Source of the DNA: Anoxybacillaceae bacterium
GTDB taxonomy: Bacteria; Bacillota; Bacilli; Bacillales; Anoxybacillaceae
Length of the DNA: 64,000 bases
Direction: 5' to 3'
Assembly: GCA_041920415.1 (NCBI GenBank)
Contig: JBHGYD010000006.1
Location: 31,683-95,682, forward strand
The notes under the pieces were generated by a model. That model was not told the origin of the DNA and ran no database searches. It saw only the letters and a list, made by a program, of their open reading frames with translations. Below, piece after piece: positions 59,491-64,000 of the stretch. Numbering within the stretch: the stretch's first letter is position 1; every line of letters starts with the position of its first letter. The position numbers were made by a program, and so were the translations under genes.

Positions 59491-60619
59491 CGCTTCCCAC
59501 ACCTAAAAAGAAAATGAACTTCCAAATTGACGCTTTTGATGTCTCGTTTGGCGGATGCTCATACAACAGCGGCACTTCATCAACTGCTTCATCGTCCATA
59601 TACAGCACGGCCTTACCGACGACGTTCGGAATACGACTTTCATCTTTCCATTCTTTTTTTGGTTTTAATAGTTTGATTTTTACGTGTAATTTCTCCATTT
59701 CTTCTTCCGTCACTGGATATAATAAATCACGGCTCGCGCGAATCTTTTTGCGATAAAAACGATCTTTGATTTTTTTTACCATCCGCTTATCATCTACTTT
59801 TGCTAATACATAATGGTCAAATCCGTATTCATACATCGCAATATGATCGTTCCAATCATCCGGGGCATTCAGCGTCACAGCAATCAACTCTAAGCCGTCT
59901 TTCTCAGCAGTTGTGACAAGCGTGCGTTTGGCCCGTTTCGTATACCCTGTTTTTCCTCCTGTGCAGTATTCATAAAGATTCGTTAACAATTTATTTTTAT
60001 TGCGCCATATTCGGTCCCACTCTTCATCCGGATTAGGAGCGCGATATACTTTTGTGCCAGCAACTTTGCGAAACTCTTTATTTTGCATCGCATAGCGCAT
60101 TAATAACGCCATATCGTAAGCGGTGGAATAATGGTTTTCCGCATCGTCTAAGCCGTGCGGATTCGCAAAATGCGTATCTCTCATCCCGATTTCTGCTGCC
60201 TTTTGATTCATTAAAAACACAAACCCTTCGACACTTCCTCCGACATGCTCAGCAATCGCAATCGCCGCATCGTTCCCCGAACGAAGCATAAGTCCGTATA
60301 CAAGGTCACGCAGTTTGATTTTTTCGCCTTCTTTCAAATAAATCGATGACCCTTCCGCACGAACAGCGCGAGAGCTCACCCTCACCGTTTCATTCATTTT
60401 TCCTGACTCAATCGCTAAAATGGCCGTCATAATTTTCGTAATGCTGGCAATACGCCGCTTTGTATACGCGTCTTTTTCAAACAACACGCGTCCTGATTGC
60501 TGCTCCATTAAAATCGCACTTTGCGCGCTAACTTCTTGTGCCTCCGTTTGCTTCGGAATACATGAAAAAATCATGGTAAGCGCTATGATGAATAGAATCC
60601 ACCTTTTCCCTAGCTCCAT
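59483..60619 (-). CDS. dacB: D-alanyl-D-alanine carboxypeptidase DacB (PBP5*)
   Basis: It has a signal peptide (MELGKRWILFIIALTMIFSC...) and the motifs SITK, SGN and KTG. The ATG at 60619 is used. The track's 5' extension to 60877 overlaps the SOD gene and is rejected. Confidence 0.9.
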   Translation of the reverse strand: MELGKRWILFIIALTMIFSCIPKQTEAQEVSAQSAILMEQQSGRVLFEKDAYTKRRIASITKIMTAILAIESGKMNETVRVSSRAVRAEGSSIYLKEGEKIKLRDLVYGLMLRSGNDAAIAIAEHVGGSVEGFVFLMNQKAAEIGMRDTHFANPHGLDDAENHYSTAYDMALLMRYAMQNKEFRKVAGTKVYRAPNPDEEWDRIWRNKNKLLTNLYEYCTGGKTGYTKRAKRTLVTTAEKDGLELIAVTLNAPDDWNDHIAMYEYGFDHYVLAKVDDKRMVKKIKDRFYRKKIRASRDLLYPVTEEEMEKLHVKIKLLKPKKEWKDESRIPNVVGKAVLYMDDEAVDEVPLLYEHPPNETSKASIWKFIFFLGVGSDG

Positions 60620-60649
60620 GTAATCCCATCCCTTTTGCCGTTTTGTACA

Positions 60650-60676
60650 AGTGTATGCGCAAAATAGATGGATATG
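60650..60676 (-). promoter_or_regulatory. Sigma-E-type promoter for dacB-spmAB
   Basis: The minus strand reads CATATCC, about 12 nt, CATACACT. The -10 element fits the consensus CATACAHT exactly. Confidence 0.5.
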
Positions 60677-60749
60677 CGTGAAAATGTACAAGTTCCGCAT
60701 GACAAAACGAACGAAGATACAATTTCCTCGCTCGTCATGATCATAATGC

Positions 60750-62108
60750 TTAAAACGGCTTCCAACGAAGCTTGCTTGCTTGTTCGAATCGCTGTTCCAC
60801 ATCGCGCCAATGAACCACGTTCCACCAGTTGTTAATGTAAGCGGCGCGGTCATTTTTATATTGCAAGTAGTACGCATGCTCCCACACGTCTAACACAAGC
60901 AATGGAATCGTATCCCATTGCGTCATAAGTTGATGCTTTTCCGTCTGCAAAATTTCTAATCGTCTAGCGCGCGGTGACCAGACAAGAAGCGCCCAGCCGA
61001 CCCCTTCGACACTTTTGGCTGCCTCCGTAAAATGATGTTTGAATCGCTCAAAGCTGCCAAAATCTGCTTTCATTCGTTCAAGCAATTCTCCTCTCGGCTG
61101 TCCACCGCCTTTTGGTATCATATTATTCCAAAAAATCGTGTGTAAATAATGGCCGGAACCATGAAACGCCGCTTCTCGCTCCCAATGTTTTAACAGCTCA
61201 TAATCATTCGTTTCGCGCGCTTTTTGCATCATTTTTTCCGCTTTATTTAATCCGTCAACATAACTTTGGTGATGTTTCGTATGATGAAGGCGCATGATTT
61301 CCTCCGAAATATGCGGCTCAAGCGCATCATATCGATATGGAAGCGGCGGAAGTGTATGACCGCCGATGGAGATGTGTTGTTGAAGTTGCCTCATTTCGTT
61401 TTGCATCGCTTTTTCATAAAGGTCATCCACCATCCTTTGAATGCCATAAATGTCCTCTTCTGTCCATTCTCCCTCATGCTGTTCGAGCTGAGTGAGCAAT
61501 GTTTCGGTATCCGTGCGAATATCTACACCTTCTCGCTCCGCATACCGCTCTGCCATTTGTTTTCCCCATTCGAGCACTTCATTGACGTATTGTTGAAATG
61601 TACGGCCACCAATCGAAATGCGCTGCTCCTGCTGTTTCCATTCTCTCTGTTCCGCTTTTTCGTAAAGGTCGTCCACCATCGTTTGAATGCCATAAATGTC
61701 CTCTTCTGTCCACTCCCCCTCATGCTGTTCGAACTGAGTGAGCAATGTTTCGATATCCGTGCGAATATCTATATCTCCCCGCTCTGCATACCGCTCTGCC
61801 ATTTGTTTTCCCCATTCGAGCACTTCATTGGCATATTGTTGAAAAGCATGGCTACCAATCGAAACGCGCTGCTCACGCTGTTGCAATTCTCTCTGCTCTG
61901 CTTTTTCATAGAGAGCATCCACCATCGTTTGAATGCCATAAATGTCCTCTTCTGTCCATTCTCCCTCATGCTGTTCGAACTGAGTGAGCAATGTTTCAAT
62001 ATCAGTGCGAATATCTATATCTTCTCGCTCTGCATACCGCTCTGCCATTTGTTTTCCCCATTCGAGCACTTCATTGGCATATTGTTGAAAACGTTCTTGT
62101 TGTTCCAT
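60750..62108 (-). CDS. sodF: Fe/Mn superoxide dismutase with a triplicated 82-aa N-terminal module (SodF-like)
   Basis: The C-terminal ~200 aa carry SOD signatures (HHTKHHQSYV, DVWEHAYYLQYKNDR). The N-terminal ~250 aa consist of three tandem copies of one module. Confidence 0.85.
   Translation of the reverse strand: MEQQERFQQYANEVLEWGKQMAERYAEREDIDIRTDIETLLTQFEQHEGEWTEEDIYGIQTMVDALYEKAEQRELQQREQRVSIGSHAFQQYANEVLEWGKQMAERYAERGDIDIRTDIETLLTQFEQHEGEWTEEDIYGIQTMVDDLYEKAEQREWKQQEQRISIGGRTFQQYVNEVLEWGKQMAERYAEREGVDIRTDTETLLTQLEQHEGEWTEEDIYGIQRMVDDLYEKAMQNEMRQLQQHISIGGHTLPPLPYRYDALEPHISEEIMRLHHTKHHQSYVDGLNKAEKMMQKARETNDYELLKHWEREAAFHGSGHYLHTIFWNNMIPKGGGQPRGELLERMKADFGSFERFKHHFTEAAKSVEGVGWALLVWSPRARRLEILQTEKHQLMTQWDTIPLLVLDVWEHAYYLQYKNDRAAYINNWWNVVHWRDVEQRFEQASKLRWKPF
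61356..62093 (-). repeat. Three in-frame tandem repeats with a 246-nt period, inside the SOD gene
   Basis: Copies span 62093-61848, 61847-61602 and 61601-61356. For example, ctgagtgagcaatgttt recurs at 61980 and 61734. Confidence 0.9.
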
Positions 62109-62136
62109 GCAAAAACCTCCTCCACTTTTATCGCCA

Positions 62137-62164
62137 TATCGTATGCCGAAAGCCTAAAAATCGT
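62137..62164 (-). promoter_or_regulatory. Possible sigma-K-type promoter for the SOD gene
   Basis: The minus strand reads AC, 17 nt, CATACGATA, which fits the sigma-K consensus AC / CATA---TA. It lies about 29 nt upstream of the ATG. Confidence 0.35.
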
Positions 62165-62225
62165 TCTTGGCTTTATTCACCCAATTTCCGCGATTTTCAT
62201 ACATATAAAAGCGAGGTGATGAACA

Positions 62226-63035
62226 GTGACACAAACCTTTGAACAAGAAGCGGCTTTTGAGTTGCGGTTTTGGATGCAAATTCTTGGTGACCATGGTCGA
62301 TTTATTTATGAATCCCTTGCTGAAAAAGAAAGAAACGAAGTAGAACAAACGAAGCAATTTATTACGTTATTTGACGAGTTGCTTGAACAAGCGCGCCAGC
62401 TACTACCAAAAACGAGCTTACTAGAGCTTGTAAAAAGAGGAAAAGAAGCAGGCGAACAATTACGTACGTTTAAACTCCATTTATTAAAAAGATTATTAAC
62501 AGACAAAATTAGTTTCTCATTATCCCCTTCTTTTTTAAATCATATGGTAAATGAATTAGATGAATGGTTGCGGATTGCTAGCTATCTCATTGAAGAAAAA
62601 TTACCTCCTGCTGTTCATCCATTGCACCACGATTTACTATGGCTGTTAGATGCGGCGGGGCATGCTGGAGCGATTAATGATCGCCTTGACTATGCGGAAA
62701 AAGAATTAAAGCAACAAAGCGACAAATTTATAAAAGAATGGGAAGCATTTTACTTAAAGGCCATCGAGATGGCGGGGTATTTGCGAACTAATGTATACGA
62801 TTTTCCTGCTTTAGATCGCTTCCATAGAAACATTCAATTAGAAATGGTCATTTTCCAAAAATTTTTACGCGAGCTTAAGGAAATGGAGTTGAATAAAGAG
62901 GTGCTAGGCATATTGAAACCGTTAATGGCTGACCATATGGCAAGAGAAGAATGTTATTATTTACAAAAACTTGCTCAATCGACGAAAGTAGTCGAGCAAC
63001 CAACATGCAACCCGACAAAACCGCGAACGGAATGA
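62226..63035 (+). CDS. DUF2935-family helical protein
   Basis: 269 aa (FELRFWMQILGDHGRFIYESL..., two-lobed helical pattern). It uses a GTG start 6 nt after GAGGTGA and is divergent from the SOD gene. The family assignment is from memory of DUF2935 sequences. Confidence 0.65.
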   Translation: MTQTFEQEAAFELRFWMQILGDHGRFIYESLAEKERNEVEQTKQFITLFDELLEQARQLLPKTSLLELVKRGKEAGEQLRTFKLHLLKRLLTDKISFSLSPSFLNHMVNELDEWLRIASYLIEEKLPPAVHPLHHDLLWLLDAAGHAGAINDRLDYAEKELKQQSDKFIKEWEAFYLKAIEMAGYLRTNVYDFPALDRFHRNIQLEMVIFQKFLRELKEMELNKEVLGILKPLMADHMAREECYYLQKLAQSTKVVEQPTCNPTKPRTE

Positions 63036-63377
63036 ATATTGAACTACCCCCACTTACCAGCTAAAGCCGGTGGAAGTGAGGGATTCTTGTTTCCTTTGGC
63101 CGTAGTTGCTCAAAGGTTCCAAGAACCCCCTCCGTTCAACGAGAGGAGTAGCCATACGAGATGTCCGAAGTGTCCTTTCAGGACAACCAGCTATATGTCT
63201 GCTGATGCAGCTCACATAGAAGGTACACCATCTTCCATTCGTATAGCATCCAAAGAACGCATTGCAATGCATCCAGCTCCTAGAATCGCCATCTGCTCCG
63301 GTGACGAGAGTAAGAGACTGGTAAAATGCGTTCTTTTGTTCTAAAACTTCAAAAAATAATGATATTCTAATAGTTTA
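63036..63377 (-). other. Highly structured non-coding tail downstream of the TnpB-related ORF (candidate omega/reRNA scaffold and IS right end, or terminator region)
   Basis: There are many helices on the minus strand. Examples are GAACGCAT...ATGCGTTC, GGTTC TTG GAACC, CCTTTG...CAAAGG, UGUCC UGAAA GGACA, and a terminal 15-bp hairpin at 63047-63082. No convincing ORF is present. Confidence 0.4.
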
Positions 63378-64000
63378 TTACGCTAAAGCTTTTATTAATT
63401 GGCGTTTTTCTTCTTCTAACAACGATGAATGAAATACATCTATTCCTTGGTGTGGTTGGTTCACATTAAAAAGATGGTACAGCGTATGTGTACGAACAGA
63501 AAACTTCTTACCCAAAATAGACCAATGCTTCCAATGATGAGAAGCATCTTTCGGGACATACTTTTTAAGCACCTTTGGAGTTTTTTCTTTATATCCTAAT
63601 CCTCGGCGGCCAATCGTAAATGCAGCTGCCTGGTGGATAGAGATACCGAATTTGCGCATATATTTCAGTTTCCCAGAGACAGAAGTAAAAGCCGGATTCA
63701 CTTCTATAACAGCAACACCCATTTTGTCAGCACGTCTTTTGATCGCTTGTATTATTTTTCGATACGCGAACATACTCTTCATCCGATTTGCTTTTTTGTT
63801 GCCATATTTATTTCCCACTTTGGATAAAGTAGTATCCAATTTTTCCAAAACAATAGGTTTTTTCTTTCGAACCGCAATATCTACTAAAGCAATGGCTTCT
63901 GCTTCCAAAATTTTCGTGATTTGACCAGAAGTTTTCCCTTCTATCGAAAACGTTAATTTTCCACTTTCCAAAAAGTTACCATCTTTCGAAACATTTGCCC
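63378..64000 (-). CDS. TnpB-related (IS200/IS605 OrfB-like) protein, C-terminal ~207 codons; the 5' end lies outside the window
   Basis: The frame is open to the window edge. It carries the RuvC-II-like IVLEKLD and the block FAYRKIIQAIKRRADKMGVAVIEVNPAFTS, typical of OrfB/TnpB. There is no CxxC zinc ribbon. The DxNAAxNI position reads HQAAAFTI. Confidence 0.55.
   Translation of the reverse strand, partial: ANVSKDGNFLESGKLTFSIEGKTSGQITKILEAEAIALVDIAVRKKKPIVLEKLDTTLSKVGNKYGNKKANRMKSMFAYRKIIQAIKRRADKMGVAVIEVNPAFTSVSGKLKYMRKFGISIHQAAAFTIGRRGLGYKEKTPKVLKKYVPKDASHHWKHWSILGKKFSVRTHTLYHLFNVNQPHQGIDVFHSSLLEEEKRQLIKALA

Noticed and set aside
59483-60877. A 464-aa version of dacB starting at 60877
   Set aside because: The 5' extension overlaps the SOD gene's 3' end and has no signal peptide. 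The ATG at 60619 gives a normal signal peptide and leaves room for a sigma-E-like promoter.
61266-62219. A 317-aa plus-strand ORF across the SOD repeats
   Set aside because: It is an antisense shadow of the 246-nt repeats. Its translation is itself repetitive and low-complexity, it has no RBS, and the opposite strand encodes a clear SOD.
62190-62225. A sporulation-type -10 element (CATACATAT) for the DUF2935 gene
   Set aside because: It lies too close to the RBS and GTG to leave a workable leader, and it does not fit the sigma-E or sigma-K consensus exactly.
63039-63344. A 101-aa plus-strand ORF and a 72-aa minus-strand ORF (63054-63272) after the DUF2935 gene
   Set aside because: Neither has an RBS, and the composition is odd. 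The region is better explained as structured non-coding RNA or IS-end sequence.

Overview
This is a chromosomal segment from a Bacillaceae genome, probably Anoxybacillus or Geobacillus, judged from protein similarity and gene order. The backbone follows, as I recall it, the B. subtilis ypf-ype-ypd-ypb-fer-ribU-serA-sigX and resABCDE-rluB-spmAB-dacB neighbourhood. Identifiable backbone genes are a gerA-family germination operon, fni, the S1 homologue, cmk, motI/ypfA, ypeB-sleB, prsW, ypdA, gudB, mecB, cotJABC, recS-ypbB, fer, FMN-riboswitch-ribU, ppa, serA, hisJ and rsiX-sigX.

Between sigX and resE lies about 20 kb of accessory-looking DNA. It holds a 12-gene cobalamin-riboswitch-controlled cobamide import, salvage and remodelling operon (btuFC, a btuD-cbiZ fusion, cbiB, cobD, cobU, cobS, cobC, a degenerate cobU paralogue, pduO, cblT, cblS). 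It also holds a YvbH-like gene, nagA-nagB-nagR, a SIS-domain gene, a frameshifted and truncated IS1182-family transposase, and ssuBACED.

I found no CRISPR array, rRNA gene, tRNA gene or recognisable defence system. The most unusual observations are:
- an Fe/Mn superoxide dismutase whose 82-aa N-terminal module is amplified three times in tandem (246-nt period), divergent from a DUF2935 gene
- a partial TnpB-related ORF at the window edge that lacks the zinc ribbon and the third RuvC carboxylate, followed by about 340 nt of highly structured non-coding DNA
- a GC-rich array of three long imperfect hairpins separated by a conserved ~24-36 nt linker
- a CobU paralogue lacking the guanylyl-His segment
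- a CarH/LitR-like MerR regulator with a degenerate B12-binding motif
- a structured ssu leader

All calls come from reading the translations and the DNA. No database searches were run.
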